This document shows, one piece after another, positions 47,510 through 57,473 of a stretch of 64,000 nt of DNA. This DNA is from a virus. The stretch spans positions 27,187 to 91,186 of the IMG/VR virus record IMGVR_UViG_3300022751_000017; one strand, 5' to 3'. The notes beneath the pieces were generated by a model. That model worked only from the letters and a program-made list of their open reading frames with translations. It searched no databases and was not told where the DNA came from. Within the stretch, counting starts at the first letter, position 1. The number at the start of each line of letters is the position of its first letter. The position numbers and the translations under genes are program-made.

Positions 47510-48403
47510 ATGAAAATGTCACCATTAGTTATCAGTTTTTCAGGTGGTCGCACAAGCGGCATGATGACGAAATTGTTACTCGATAAATACAGAGGGAAAC
47601 GGGAGATAGTCGTAATATTCTCAAATACCGGCAAGGAGTACGAGGAAACACTGCAATTTGTACATAACTGCGACACGTATTTCGGTTTTAATACCGTATG
47701 GATTGAGAGTGTACAGAACCACGGCCAGCGTAAAAGCGCAGGATATAGGGTTGTTTCATTTGAAACCGCTGACCGAACTGGCGCACCATTCGAGGACATG
47801 ATTAAAAAACATGGCATACCCAATAAGCCTTTCCCGCATTGTAGCCGGGAGCTTAAAAATAAGCCCACTCTCAATTACATAAAAGAAGTGCTTAAATGGG
47901 ATTGGTACGAAATAGCGTTAGGTATGCGTATTGACGAACCCGCAAGGCTCACTGTTAAAGAAAATGTAGGTTACCCAATGGCTTACGAATGGCCGACAAC
48001 TAAGCTAATGGTAAATAAATGGTGGCTTAAACAACCATTTGATTTAGATATGTCTCGCTTTACAGGCGGTACACCATTCCCTGAATACATGGGTAACTGC
48101 GATAGATGCTGGAAGAAATCAAAGAGAAAATTACTAACACTTGTAAAGGAAGGGGCGCATCGGAATGATTGGTGGAATGACATGGAAATAAAATACGGGC
48201 ATTTCGTGCCTGAAGGGCAGAAAGAAAAAAGGATAGTTCCGATAACATTCTTTCGAGAGAATGAAAGCATGCAAGACCTTATAGAAGATTGTAAGTTCCC
48301 TTTTGAAAAAGCATCAGATACATTCACACTTCAACAGCTTATGTTTTCGGATCCGGAATTAGATTTTACTGATGGATGCGAAGAAAGTTGCGAAGCATTC
48401 TGA
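47510..48403 (+). CDS. PAPS-reductase-family (PP-loop) protein, phage type
   Basis: ISFSGGRTS PP-loop; FSNTGKE; CSRELK; GMRIDE; GNCDRCWKK; C-terminal GCEESCE. Confidence 0.88.
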   Translation: MKMSPLVISFSGGRTSGMMTKLLLDKYRGKREIVVIFSNTGKEYEETLQFVHNCDTYFGFNTVWIESVQNHGQRKSAGYRVVSFETADRTGAPFEDMIKKHGIPNKPFPHCSRELKNKPTLNYIKEVLKWDWYEIALGMRIDEPARLTVKENVGYPMAYEWPTTKLMVNKWWLKQPFDLDMSRFTGGTPFPEYMGNCDRCWKKSKRKLLTLVKEGAHRNDWWNDMEIKYGHFVPEGQKEKRIVPITFFRENESMQDLIEDCKFPFEKASDTFTLQQLMFSDPELDFTDGCEESCEAF

Positions 48404-48492
48404 TATTTCATATCTTTACCACATGCAAAGTATCGAAATAGGCATGGATGCCGACTGCCGTTAAAAAATTAAAAATATTCACACACACAACA

Positions 48493-48645
48493 ATGAGCGA
48501 CTACCACAACCAAACAGAATACGGTAATATACCACCATCCCCAATACCTCCTCCACCTCCCACGGGTAAATATATAGCAGTGGTGACATGTGCTGTACTT
48601 TTGGCCTTTGGTGCAATTTATCAACTGCTAAAACATGGACATTAG
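48493..48645 (+). CDS. Small Pro-rich membrane protein
   Basis: ATG after an ACACACACAACA leader; poly-Pro stretch then one TM. Confidence 0.5.
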   Translation: MSDYHNQTEYGNIPPSPIPPPPPTGKYIAVVTCAVLLAFGAIYQLLKHGH

Positions 48646-48648
48646 TGT

Positions 48649-49344
48649 ATGACAACATCAATACTTAATGATGCGCTCCTGCTTCGTGCTGAGCCTGTAG
48701 ATAAGCTAAGAGAATATTTTAGCTCTATAAACGTCACTATATTCGATGATATCTTAAGCCGTGCACCTGTAGAGGGCAAGAACACAATCAGAACCCAGGA
48801 GCCTAAGCAGATAGTATTGTTTATCCTCACAGCCTACAGCGAGGACAGCCCATTGGTAATACTGCGTCAGGATGCAAAGGAAGAGAAAGAGGGTATCTGC
48901 GAGTACCTGGGCATTCCGGATTATATGCGCAGTGACCTGATCAACCTGAAAGACCCTATGGTTAGGAGTGCGGTTACCCAATACCTGGAGCAATTTGCGG
49001 GTTTTGAGTTCAAAAATCTGATGTTCATGAAGATCCAGCTCAGTGACTTTGAGAGTGACATCACCAACCGGCGCTACCGGTCAGAGAGCGTAGTAGAGGC
49101 CGGGAAAGACGGAGAAGGCAATTCTATAAAGACAATTGAGTATTACTACGACATCAAGGAGCATGGCAAGGCTGTCTCAGAGACCCTGCGCCTATCCAAG
49201 AGCATCAATGCATTGGAAAAGGAGATAAAGGCCAGCCAGGGCACCTACAAGGCCATAGATGAAATAAGGGAGTGGAAGACACATTCTAATCATAAGGGTG
49301 GCAAGACAGTGAAGCGCGGCGGGGCAGAAAACTATATACGCTAA
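48649..49344 (+). CDS. Putative terminase small subunit
   Basis: Translationally coupled to TerL; helical, basic C-terminus VKRGG. Confidence 0.5.
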   Translation: MTTSILNDALLLRAEPVDKLREYFSSINVTIFDDILSRAPVEGKNTIRTQEPKQIVLFILTAYSEDSPLVILRQDAKEEKEGICEYLGIPDYMRSDLINLKDPMVRSAVTQYLEQFAGFEFKNLMFMKIQLSDFESDITNRRYRSESVVEAGKDGEGNSIKTIEYYYDIKEHGKAVSETLRLSKSINALEKEIKASQGTYKAIDEIREWKTHSNHKGGKTVKRGGAENYIR

Positions 49345-51635
49345 TGGTCAAAACATATAACGAGGGAGACAGGATAGAGATACAGATAGGAGAGCACATA
49401 TTCACTACGCCGCCTATCCCTCCTAAGAAAGAAATACTATTTCACGACAAGAAGAAAGAGGATCAATACTGGGTGCGCCAGCGCGACCTGCCGCAGATAT
49501 TCTACGACTGGCATGACGACCCACATTCACTTGGGCATGGAGTAGAGGAAGATTGTAAAAAGACCAGGTACCACCCAGACACCAACATACTTATTGAACT
49601 AAGCAAGGAAGATACCATACTATTATTCGGGAATAAAGAAGAGGATGGCATAGAGGGATTCCTACCCAGGGAGATGCGGCGCCGTAAAGAAGGTGTCTGG
49701 TTTTTCAACAATGGCGAGCCTACCTATCTTACCGGTAATCATTATTATGCCCTACAGTGGGGCGCTATGCTTGGTTGCGATAACTCCGTGGAGCCAGGTA
49801 GCAGCTATGGTCAGTATTACCAGTTTCAGAGAGATGGCATCTTCTACTATTTTGAGATATGCAAGACTACTCCTAATGGCAGAGGTGGTTTATTAATGAA
49901 ACCGAAGAAGACAGGTGCTACACAGGCCGCTTCGCTCGTACTGGCCAATGAAGCATCTACCGTGAGGGAGAAGAACATCCGCATGATGTCCATAACGGAA
50001 AGCCTGGCTAAGGAATCCAACTTCTCATTTATAAAATATGCGCTGGGCAAGATGCCGGCGATACTGCTACCATCGAGATCCAAGCAAAATGAAGGGGAAG
50101 TTGTGTTCGGGCCGCCAAACTCATCCCGTAATCCACTCAAGAAGCGCAAGAAGTCAGATACCGAGTACCTGCATACCTGGCTGTGCACAGTCCCTACTAC
50201 CAAGACTGCATTCGACTCATTCACCAATTATATAGCGCTTATAGATGAGTTCCCTAAGATAAAGGAGAACACATACCCAGAGGAGCTGTTCCTGACTACC
50301 ATAGTAACTGTAATGGAGGGATTCCGGCGCAAGGGGACTATATGGGCCATGTCCTACACGCCAGAGCAAACAGACCGAAGCTTTTATGAGGCGAGGCAAT
50401 TATATAAGGACAGCAAGCTTAAGACGATAAAAAAAGAAGGCGGAGAAACACAATCAAAACTCATATGCCATACGCTCACTGTTCAGGAGGGTATGTTTGG
50501 TTGCTGCGACAAATATGGTAAGCCAATCTTACCTAAAATATGGGCTGCTATCAACCAGGAGATGGATGATGTTAAGCACGATCCAATAAAACTTCAGGCA
50601 GTAAAACGCCAGTACCCGACAAATGAGAATGACCCTTGGCAGGAGGGCAGCAGGGAAGATTCACTATTCGATAACATGAGGATAGGCTTACAGATGCAGG
50701 AACTTGAAGAGATGCAGTCCATGGGTGTATTTCCTTACGAGGATTTTAACCTGGAGTATGATAGCGATCCGGTAAAAGATCCTAAGTCAAAAAAATATAT
50801 TTTCAAAGGAGACATTAAGTATATCCCCGTAACCGATGATCAGAAGCGTGCAGGTGCAGCACATGGGAAATACAAGTGGTACGATAAGCATTGGACCCCT
50901 GAGTGGTTTCTGCAAAGGCATTTGAACAAGCTGATTATCCATAAAAAGAATGGATTGCTTGCTCCGAGGCTGGATTCTCCGTTCTTTATATCTATTGATC
51001 CTACTGCATGGAAAACTAAGAAGACGACAGGTGTGGGCAGCTATAATGCAATACAGGCATTTATTTTGCCAAATCCAGAGTTAGATTCAGCGCTCGGAGA
51101 CAGAGTTACCAATAAGCGATTGATGATAGAATACTTGTACCGGGAAGATAAGCCGAGTGAGACCTTGCATGCCATGATAAAACTCATTCTCTATCTTGGA
51201 TGTATGGTACAAATAGAGTCTAATATGGCAACTTGGGCGGAGTCTCTTGAAGAAATGGGGCTTGGCAATTTTCTGTTAGTAATTGATGATGAAACGGGGG
51301 TATTAAGGCCATGGCGCGAAGGGGCCAAACAGCATTGGTTTACTTCCCAAAAGGATACTATAGGATGGTATGTAACCACTGGGAAGGAGCATTTGGGCGC
51401 GCCGGTAAAGCCGGAAGATATTGACAACATTAAATATAACAAAAGTGTTGCTGTATTATCGCAGCTGGCCAGGTTTAAAATAGAAGATACAAAGGAGTTT
51501 GATGCTGCAGTGGCTTACCTGGAAGGAATCATGGGAATAAATGCATGGATAGGATGGAAAAGCGCAGAGGAGCAAAGAAGGAGTAAAAGAGGAGATGGAT
51601 CTATGAGACAGATGATGGGTATATTTGGCAGATAG
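49344..51635 (+). CDS. terL: Terminase large subunit
   Basis: GVWFFNNGEPTYLTG.HY..LQW; Walker A-like MKPKKTGAT; Walker B LIDEFPK; RQYP; nuclease ISIDP, IES, FDAAVA. Confidence 0.92.
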   Translation: MVKTYNEGDRIEIQIGEHIFTTPPIPPKKEILFHDKKKEDQYWVRQRDLPQIFYDWHDDPHSLGHGVEEDCKKTRYHPDTNILIELSKEDTILLFGNKEEDGIEGFLPREMRRRKEGVWFFNNGEPTYLTGNHYYALQWGAMLGCDNSVEPGSSYGQYYQFQRDGIFYYFEICKTTPNGRGGLLMKPKKTGATQAASLVLANEASTVREKNIRMMSITESLAKESNFSFIKYALGKMPAILLPSRSKQNEGEVVFGPPNSSRNPLKKRKKSDTEYLHTWLCTVPTTKTAFDSFTNYIALIDEFPKIKENTYPEELFLTTIVTVMEGFRRKGTIWAMSYTPEQTDRSFYEARQLYKDSKLKTIKKEGGETQSKLICHTLTVQEGMFGCCDKYGKPILPKIWAAINQEMDDVKHDPIKLQAVKRQYPTNENDPWQEGSREDSLFDNMRIGLQMQELEEMQSMGVFPYEDFNLEYDSDPVKDPKSKKYIFKGDIKYIPVTDDQKRAGAAHGKYKWYDKHWTPEWFLQRHLNKLIIHKKNGLLAPRLDSPFFISIDPTAWKTKKTTGVGSYNAIQAFILPNPELDSALGDRVTNKRLMIEYLYREDKPSETLHAMIKLILYLGCMVQIESNMATWAESLEEMGLGNFLLVIDDETGVLRPWREGAKQHWFTSQKDTIGWYVTTGKEHLGAPVKPEDIDNIKYNKSVAVLSQLARFKIEDTKEFDAAVAYLEGIMGINAWIGWKSAEEQRRSKRGDGSMRQMMGIFGR

Positions 51636-51636
51636 T

Positions 51637-51671
51637 CAAACGGGGTGCAGTTGATAGCTGCACCCCGTTTG
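51637..51671. terminator. Bidirectional terminator at the convergence of late and early blocks
   Basis: CAAACGGGGTGCAG-ttgatag-CTGCACCCCGTTTG. Confidence 0.85.
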
Positions 51672-51676
51672 TGTTG

Positions 51677-51823
51677 TTATTTACCTCTTGACATTATAAG
51701 TCCTACGTTCATTCCAAGGAACCCTATATTCGTAAATATCAAAACAGGGCTATGAATCCACGCAGCAATTATTGCCACTAAAATATGAAAAACAACCCCG
51801 AATTTATTCCAATCCCATTTCAT
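51677..51823 (-). CDS. 48-aa two-TM membrane protein (not in ORF track)
   Basis: MKWDWNKFGVVFHILVAIIAAWIHSPVLIFTNIGFLGMNVGLIMSRGK fills the gap between dut and the terminator. Confidence 0.55.
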   Translation of the reverse strand: MKWDWNKFGVVFHILVAIIAAWIHSPVLIFTNIGFLGMNVGLIMSRGK

Positions 51824-51860
51824 AATCATTCCGCCGGTTACGATCCGAAACGTTTAGTTA

Positions 51861-52295
51861 TTATTTACCTGTACTTCCAAAACCACCGCTACCACGTTCA
51901 CTATCCGGCAGTTGCTCAACTTCTACAAAAACAGCCTGTTCGCGCTTTGCGAATACCATTTGAGCGATGCGGTCACCGTTGCTGATGTGGTAAGGTTCTG
52001 TTCCGTGATTTATCAGCAGCACTTTTATTTCTCCACGGTAATCACTGTCTATGGTGCCGGGTGAGTTCAGTACCGTTACTCCTTTGACAGCAAGTCCGCT
52101 CCTTGGGCGTATCTGAGCCTCATAGCCTTCGGGTATGGCAATGTATAGGCCGGTGGGTATTAGTGTCGGTATATGAGGCTGTAATGGGATCGGGATCGGC
52201 CATTCAATATCAGCCGTAAGATCCACCGCTGCGGCTCCTGATGTCTGGTATGCGGGGAGCGGGTGTGCGGACTTGTTTATTATTTTTATTTCCAT
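51861..52295 (-). CDS. dut: dUTPase (trimeric)
   Basis: [28 protein letters not shown] and [10 protein letters not shown] motifs. Confidence 0.97.
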   Translation of the reverse strand: MEIKIINKSAHPLPAYQTSGAAAVDLTADIEWPIPIPLQPHIPTLIPTGLYIAIPEGYEAQIRPRSGLAVKGVTVLNSPGTIDSDYRGEIKVLLINHGTEPYHISNGDRIAQMVFAKREQAVFVEVEQLPDSERGSGGFGSTGK

Positions 52296-52325
52296 GTTAT
52301 TTTGCTGATTAAGAAGTATTTTTTG

Positions 52326-52697
52326 TTACTGGTTTTTAATACGTTTAAAATCTCTACAATCCCCCATCCTGTCAAGATATTTACTAAATGCATATTTCGC
52401 ACTACAGCTATCATTGAACAATGCTATATCGCCTCCCATTTCTTCATAAAAGCAGTATCCAAGATCATTAACACTTCTCATGATGCGAGTTCCTAGTTCC
52501 CCCCTGTATATAACCGCATATTTTCGCCTACATTCACTATATTCTATTTGCGTTTCTACAGGCATTTTAAAATCACATGAATATATGCACTCATTGTTTT
52601 CTACGGTATCAACCGATTTTGCGGGTTCAATATTTTGATTTGTTCTGCATCCGCTCACCGTCACGGCAAGCAGTAGTAATGTTAGTGTGTATTTCAT
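52326..52697 (-). CDS. Lipoprotein
   Basis: Lipobox VSGC after a hydrophobic signal. Confidence 0.65.
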   Translation of the reverse strand: MKYTLTLLLLAVTVSGCRTNQNIEPAKSVDTVENNECIYSCDFKMPVETQIEYSECRRKYAVIYRGELGTRIMRSVNDLGYCFYEEMGGDIALFNDSCSAKYAFSKYLDRMGDCRDFKRIKNQ

Positions 52698-53092
52698 AGC
52701 TCGATGTTTAACGGGTGACCGAGAGATTGCATGAGATTCTGTAATTGGTGTAGGTATTTGATATGTTTAAAGTATTGGTATATAGTGTTTATGTCGCTGT
52801 CAAACCCAACTGAAACTCCCTGCACAATATGCCAGCATACTTCGATATCATTGAATGGGATATACCAATCTACGGGTCGCTTCACAAAGCCACACTTATC
52901 CAGTATCTCAGGCGATAACGGGATTTCCTGAATACTTTCAACATTAGTCATTAAAAAGCCGCCTTTAGTGAAAATCTGGACGTTTATTTTGCTTTCATCG
53001 TCAGCCCTTCGACCAACACCATGCACTTTTACTATCTCGTTATGGAATGGGAATAGCACCCAGTTCCCGATCATTAATTCGTTTGCGTTCAT
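52694..53092 (-). CDS. Conserved Bacteroidota-phage protein (paralogue of 56045-56407)
   Basis: ELMIGNWV...IPLSPEILDKCGF...IKYLHQLQNL. Confidence 0.75.
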   Translation of the reverse strand: MNANELMIGNWVLFPFHNEIVKVHGVGRRADDESKINVQIFTKGGFLMTNVESIQEIPLSPEILDKCGFVKRPVDWYIPFNDIEVCWHIVQGVSVGFDSDINTIYQYFKHIKYLHQLQNLMQSLGHPLNIEL

Positions 53093-53469
53093 TTGTTTTG
53101 TTTGGATTTAAAAAGTTCATTAAAATCAGTCTTGCTTATATCGGCCTTCAATTTTAACGATTTCAGTTTATTCCTAATGAGCCATGATGCTCCTAGGTAG
53201 CCAATTGGAGACAAGATAAAGCCTATATTTTTAATCTTAAAGATACTTGCATGCATTTTGCTTCTTGTATAAAGGCACTGTAGCGATTCGTATTTGCCCA
53301 TCCTTTCCCAATTAACACTTTCAAATGCTGTCTTAAATTCTTCGTATGTGGAATGGTATTGCCTTTCGGTATTTTCTCTAGTCATTTCTATGTACGTCAT
53401 ATAGCTTACGCTCCAAAATATTAGGGCAATAGATATAACTACCAACGGCATTATTAATAATAGTATCAT
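53089..53469 (-). CDS. Membrane protein
   Basis: N-terminal TM; 4-nt overlaps with neighbours. Confidence 0.6.
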   Translation of the reverse strand: MILLLIMPLVVISIALIFWSVSYMTYIEMTRENTERQYHSTYEEFKTAFESVNWERMGKYESLQCLYTRSKMHASIFKIKNIGFILSPIGYLGASWLIRNKLKSLKLKADISKTDFNELFKSKQNK

Positions 53470-53936
53470 TTGCTATCTTTTAATTGGCTTATGCGCCTGT
53501 TTAAATAAAATGCTGCTTTCTCAAGGTCTTGCAGCTCTGTTTCTTTGCTCTTCTTACCGGCACGCAGGAAGTACTTCAATACATTCCCATCGCTGAAATT
53601 AAGCCCGTAATGCTCGATTATCTTGATCGCCTCATACGGGTTATCAGCACCGCCGTAATGTGTAGGGTGGTTAACTGGGTCGGTGGTTTCGGGGAGGAAG
53701 TCGGAGAGGGTTAGTATGGTGTATGTCGATGGGCCATCGACATTACCAAAAACGCCATAAAACGGCCTGTAGTATGTTTTATTTTTATGAGTTTCCCATT
53801 TTTCGGCTAATTTATATGTTTTACCTGAAGCCCATGTTTTACCCGACCTATCCAGCATCTCGCAAAATGCCGTTGCCTCTTCCTGCGTCTTGCAGTGTAC
53901 AACTTCGTTTGGCTGTATGCTTTCGATTGTTCTCAT
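53466..53936 (-). CDS. DUF3310/SaV-like domain protein with N-terminal extension
   Basis: DPVNHPTHY...EAI.II...GNVLKY..RAGKK...DLEKA.FYL. Confidence 0.85.
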   Translation of the reverse strand: MRTIESIQPNEVVHCKTQEEATAFCEMLDRSGKTWASGKTYKLAEKWETHKNKTYYRPFYGVFGNVDGPSTYTILTLSDFLPETTDPVNHPTHYGGADNPYEAIKIIEHYGLNFSDGNVLKYFLRAGKKSKETELQDLEKAAFYLNRRISQLKDSK

Positions 53937-53943
53937 TTGTTTA

Positions 53944-54150
53944 TTATTTCTGGTTAATAATTTTGTTTACTTCATTTACTGCCCTCTGCTGTTCGTCTCC
54001 TATAGCAGCCGCTGATGCCATGTACTCACATATATCGGCACAATCTGATATTCTCATTTCGCTATTCCAGTCCTTGCGACCATCATTGTACAGCATCCAG
54101 CGCTTAGCAAATATCAGCCGGTAAATGGCTTTTAGTTTTCTCATTTGCAA
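53944..54150 (-). CDS. Hypothetical protein
   Basis: ORF in a co-oriented block. Confidence 0.55.
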   Translation of the reverse strand: MQMRKLKAIYRLIFAKRWMLYNDGRKDWNSEMRISDCADICEYMASAAAIGDEQQRAVNEVNKIINQK

Positions 54151-54201
54151 GTTTAGTTTTATTGGTGAAAGTAATCTTATCTGTACCTTAGTTTACTTAT
54201 G

Positions 54202-54444
54202 CTAATCCATCTGGTGTACATCATCCCGCCAATATTTTTCAATAATCGGATTTGTTATTTCGGTGTGTAGACAACATATAAAATATACATCGCAAACTAA
54301 GTAGAACAACATCGCGCAGACATGCTTGGCACTTAAGCCATTGACGCATAGATCATACGCAAGGATAGGCACAAAACAGCTTGTAGTTAATATGCCGAAA
54401 CAGATGATTATCATTCTATAGATATTATATTTTATCTTTCTCAT
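54202..54444 (-). CDS. Small membrane protein
   Basis: Two hydrophobic segments. Confidence 0.5.
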   Translation of the reverse strand: MRKIKYNIYRMIIICFGILTTSCFVPILAYDLCVNGLSAKHVCAMLFYLVCDVYFICCLHTEITNPIIEKYWRDDVHQMD

Positions 54445-54617
54445 TGCTCACGGTTTAGGAACATGGTGAATAATTCGGATGCGGTACGAAATAGGGAACT
54501 ACGTCCTATAACATCTCTTCTATAGTAGCCAGCATTACCTTCAATTGGGCTGTACTCAAAGACAACACACTCTGGCCATTTAAAATCAAGTGGTACTCTT
54601 TTAAGTTCTCTTCCCAT
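54441..54617 (-). CDS. 58-aa hypothetical protein (not in ORF track)
   Basis: MGRELKRVPLDFKWPE...; fills the gap, with a 4-nt overlap into the next gene. Confidence 0.5.
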   Translation of the reverse strand: MGRELKRVPLDFKWPECVVFEYSPIEGNAGYYRRDVIGRSSLFRTASELFTMFLNREQ

Positions 54618-54622
54618 GATAA

Positions 54623-54931
54623 TTATTTATTTAAGAATTTATTCCTGAATACTTCCTTTTCTGTTGCGATAGCCAGATCGCTCTGTTCTTTACTGTATAC
54701 TTGGGTAAGTATATCAATACCTGTTTTGAAATACTCTGCAGTCTCTTCAGTGCTCCATGCCTCATAGCGCCCTTTTAATTCTTCTCTGTACTCACTGTCT
54801 GTGTTGTTAGCTATTAGTAGCTTAACGGCATGTGTATGGGCATTGATCTCACGTTCCAGTAGTTGGTAGTATCTGGAGATATAGTACTGTACTAGGTCAG
54901 TAATGTTGTGATGCTTAGTTTTTCGTGCCAT
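54623..54931 (-). CDS. Hypothetical protein
   Basis: ORF in a co-oriented block. Confidence 0.6.
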   Translation of the reverse strand: MARKTKHHNITDLVQYYISRYYQLLEREINAHTHAVKLLIANNTDSEYREELKGRYEAWSTEETAEYFKTGIDILTQVYSKEQSDLAIATEKEVFRNKFLNK

Positions 54932-54937
54932 AAAGTC

Positions 54938-55153
54938 TTAAATTGTCCCTATTGTATGCGTACTGACAATGCTTTTGAGATAGTTCAGGTGTTTCTTCAG
55001 CCACATACACCCTGGCAGAGCAGCACATCTCATTTCATAGTGAGGAATAAGAGAGGAGTACATGGCATCTTCCTGTAGTGTGGTTGTTCGCTTAGCAGCC
55101 GGCATGCCCACCTGGTGGGTCGGTGTTTTCAAGAAATTCGCGGATTGGGTCAT
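54938..55153 (-). CDS. Hypothetical protein
   Basis: ACACACCATG leader; co-oriented. Confidence 0.5.
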   Translation of the reverse strand: MTQSANFLKTPTHQVGMPAAKRTTTLQEDAMYSSLIPHYEMRCAALPGCMWLKKHLNYLKSIVSTHTIGTI

Positions 55154-55379
55154 GGTGTGTAGTGTGGGTGGTTTGTGAATGATGTTTACTTCCTTCTTCG
55201 TCCTGATCCAGCAGGTTCTGTAGTTCTGTTATCGTATCCCACATACCTGCAGCACATGAGGATCTTATGTCTGATATTGAAGGGAAGTCTCCGCTGTTAT
55301 CATCATTTACCGGAGCGAGGTACTGTGCATGGATTTCTTTGAGTTCTGAAATACGATTGATTATTAGTTGTCGTAGCAT
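55092..55379 (-). CDS. Hypothetical protein
   Basis: Co-oriented ORF. Confidence 0.5.
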   Translation of the reverse strand: MLRQLIINRISELKEIHAQYLAPVNDDNSGDFPSISDIRSSCAAGMWDTITELQNLLDQDEEGSKHHSQTTHTTHHDPIREFLENTDPPGGHAGC

Positions 55380-55385
55380 GTGTTT

Positions 55386-55577
55386 CTATTTTTTGGAGAA
55401 TAATTTGTTATATCGTTTTTGTGCTTGTTGCATATTTACAGCCTCTATGTTGACTCCATTTATTTGGAAGGTATACATATCCCCTTTTCTTTTTGGCATT
55501 GATCTACGCCTGGCAGGAGGCTGAGTATTAAGTGATGCAGACATTGCCAGTAGTGCAGTTAGTAATTGCTTGCTCAT
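55386..55577 (-). CDS. Hypothetical protein
   Basis: Co-oriented ORF with 4-nt overlap. Confidence 0.55.
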   Translation of the reverse strand: MSKQLLTALLAMSASLNTQPPARRRSMPKRKGDMYTFQINGVNIEAVNMQQAQKRYNKLFSKK

Positions 55578-55855
55578 TGGCTGTGGTATTGTTTCAAGCT
55601 GTTATCTTCAGGCTTGAACTGTGAGTAATATTGATCGAATGTGGATATAGGTCGATCTTCTATTAAGTTCCAAGCGTTTAACCCATTGTTCCAGGTTCTA
55701 TTCGCGAACTTCTCCTCATCTGGCAGCAGGTCGATGAGAATTTCTATGGCTTCATCTAATGCGTCATCATGCGTGTCTGAACGATCCATTCTGATGTCGT
55801 CCCATTTTTTAGTCCTTATACGCTCAATGGCGATTTGTATTGGTGTCTGTGGCAT
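55574..55855 (-). CDS. Hypothetical protein
   Basis: Co-oriented ORF. Confidence 0.6.
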   Translation of the reverse strand: MPQTPIQIAIERIRTKKWDDIRMDRSDTHDDALDEAIEILIDLLPDEEKFANRTWNNGLNAWNLIEDRPISTFDQYYSQFKPEDNSLKQYHSQ

Positions 55856-55856
55856 A

Positions 55857-56048
55857 TTATTGCTTTTTATTTGTTAACTTTTGTAATGCGGATTCCCATG
55901 TCTTATATCTTTCAGATAAATCACTTATTGGTACTCCATAGCTCATGTGGCTGGTAAATATTACCCAACCGCATAATTGACCTTCTGTTACGTGCCAAAT
56001 ACACACCGCATCAGGGTACACCTGCCTTACTTGCTCTTCTGGGGTCAT
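55857..56048 (-). CDS. Hypothetical protein (probable start MTPEEQ)
   Basis: Internal ATG gives an ATGA overlap with the upstream gene. Confidence 0.5.
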   Translation of the reverse strand: MTPEEQVRQVYPDAVCIWHVTEGQLCGWVIFTSHMSYGVPISDLSERYKTWESALQKLTNKKQ

Positions 56049-56407
56049 AGTATAAGATTTGCCGGGTGCCCAAGTGAATGAAGTAAGTTTTGTAGTTGGT
56101 GAACATACTTGATGTTCCATGCGAAATACTGTATCCCGCTTTCCATATCATGTATGCCAAAGGTATAATCGCCTAATTTATTTCCAAATATATAATATTC
56201 AGAACGCTCGGTATCTAGTCGCCATCTGGTATAGCTATTTGATTTTATAAACCCAAACTTTATAAGTATTTCAGCGGTAAGTGGTACTCCAAACAGAGTA
56301 AGTGTATTATTAGCTACATTTTCAAATGAAGTAGCCTTTACGGTATAGTATTCACCGTTTATGTCTTTGGTGATATTGCCCACCATAAGCACTTTGGATG
56401 ATAGCAT
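56045..56407 (-). CDS. Conserved Bacteroidota-phage protein (paralogue of 52694-53092)
   Basis: LMVGN...VPLTAEILIKFGF...IKYVHQLQNL. Confidence 0.75.
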   Translation of the reverse strand: MLSSKVLMVGNITKDINGEYYTVKATSFENVANNTLTLFGVPLTAEILIKFGFIKSNSYTRWRLDTERSEYYIFGNKLGDYTFGIHDMESGIQYFAWNIKYVHQLQNLLHSLGHPANLIL

Positions 56408-56421
56408 GTAGTGTGATTGTT

Positions 56422-56655
56422 TTAGCTGTAAAATTTCTCTTTTTGAATAGACAATGTTGTGATTGCAATCTGGATAGCTGCCTGTAACCCATCAGGCCTA
56501 TTAACTTCGCATAATACTATTTTATCTTCCGCATAATTAGTGAATGGGTTAATTATCTTCCACATCATAGCATCTGTATGAGAGTAGTATTCAGGGAATA
56601 TAAATCTACCTGTTAATTCAACCAGATATTGTGTTTGTTCTTCTATGTGTGTCAT
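56422..56655 (-). CDS. Hypothetical protein
   Basis: Co-oriented ORF. Confidence 0.55.
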   Translation of the reverse strand: MTHIEEQTQYLVELTGRFIFPEYYSHTDAMMWKIINPFTNYAEDKIVLCEVNRPDGLQAAIQIAITTLSIQKEKFYS

Positions 56656-56668
56656 AATTGGTAGTCAT

Positions 56669-56944
56669 TTATTGTGCGCTCAGGCGCTGGTTACTTTCTG
56701 TGAGTTGCTTAATAATGAGATCCTTCTCTTTTATTATTTTCAAGAGTTTTATCTCTTTTGGAGAGGTGCGCTTTATTGCTTTAAGATCCAAATCTTTGTA
56801 TTGCTCCAGGTCAATCAGTTGCTTATCGGCTATTAGGGTAGGTACTATATCTCCGGATACAAAGAACTCATATATTCGCTCTCTACGGACGTTCTTAAGC
56901 TTTGCATACTGGGTTACGGTGACATATTTCTCGTTCAGGTCCAT
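56669..56944 (-). CDS. Excisionase/MerR-like HTH DNA-binding protein with coiled-coil tail
   Basis: YVTVTQYAKLKNVRRERIYE...G.I pattern. Confidence 0.65.
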   Translation of the reverse strand: MDLNEKYVTVTQYAKLKNVRRERIYEFFVSGDIVPTLIADKQLIDLEQYKDLDLKAIKRTSPKEIKLLKIIKEKDLIIKQLTESNQRLSAQ

Positions 56945-57011
56945 ATCTTCAAAAAACTATTTGTTTATGTGTAAATGTACAAAATGTTTATCAAATAAAG
57001 AAGCGTTTGTG

Positions 57012-57473
57012 CTAATTTATTTCTCGTGATGCGAGCCAAGTATTAATGTATTTCGGTATTGCTGACTGGTCATTAGTAGCAAGGGCCAGATTATCTTTCA
57101 TTTTATTTATCAACAGCATGGCTTCTGTTGTGCTGATATTTTCACGCTGCATCTCTGCAAATATCATTATGCGATCTGCTGTCCATCCCATAAAATTTGG
57201 TTGCGGTGGGCATTTAAGCGCTATCGCTATACTCTCCATGAGGATAACAAGTTGCTCAGCTTCCTGGGCGGTGGGAGCGCCAAATATGAAGTGTTCTGCA
57301 GGCTTTCTATTATCTAGGATCAGCACTGCCATAATAGCAAATGTGTGGGCATTTTCTGGTTCGCATTTCTCCGGCTCATTCATGCTGAATCTTACCGGGT
57401 ATATTCTGAATCCTGCGATGGAGGAACCTACTGGTATTTTGTCTCCAGCCCATAAGCGTTTTATCTGGTTCAA
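57012..57473 (-). CDS. Hypothetical protein
   Basis: Co-oriented ORF. Confidence 0.55.
   Translation of the reverse strand: MNQIKRLWAGDKIPVGSSIAGFRIYPVRFSMNEPEKCEPENAHTFAIMAVLILDNRKPAEHFIFGAPTAQEAEQLVILMESIAIALKCPPQPNFMGWTADRIMIFAEMQRENISTTEAMLLINKMKDNLALATNDQSAIPKYINTWLASREIN

Noticed and set aside
49890-49925. TerL Walker A variant KPKKTG instead of K.RR.G
   Set aside because: Conservative basic substitutions; Walker B and nuclease motifs are intact, so no evidence of inactivation.
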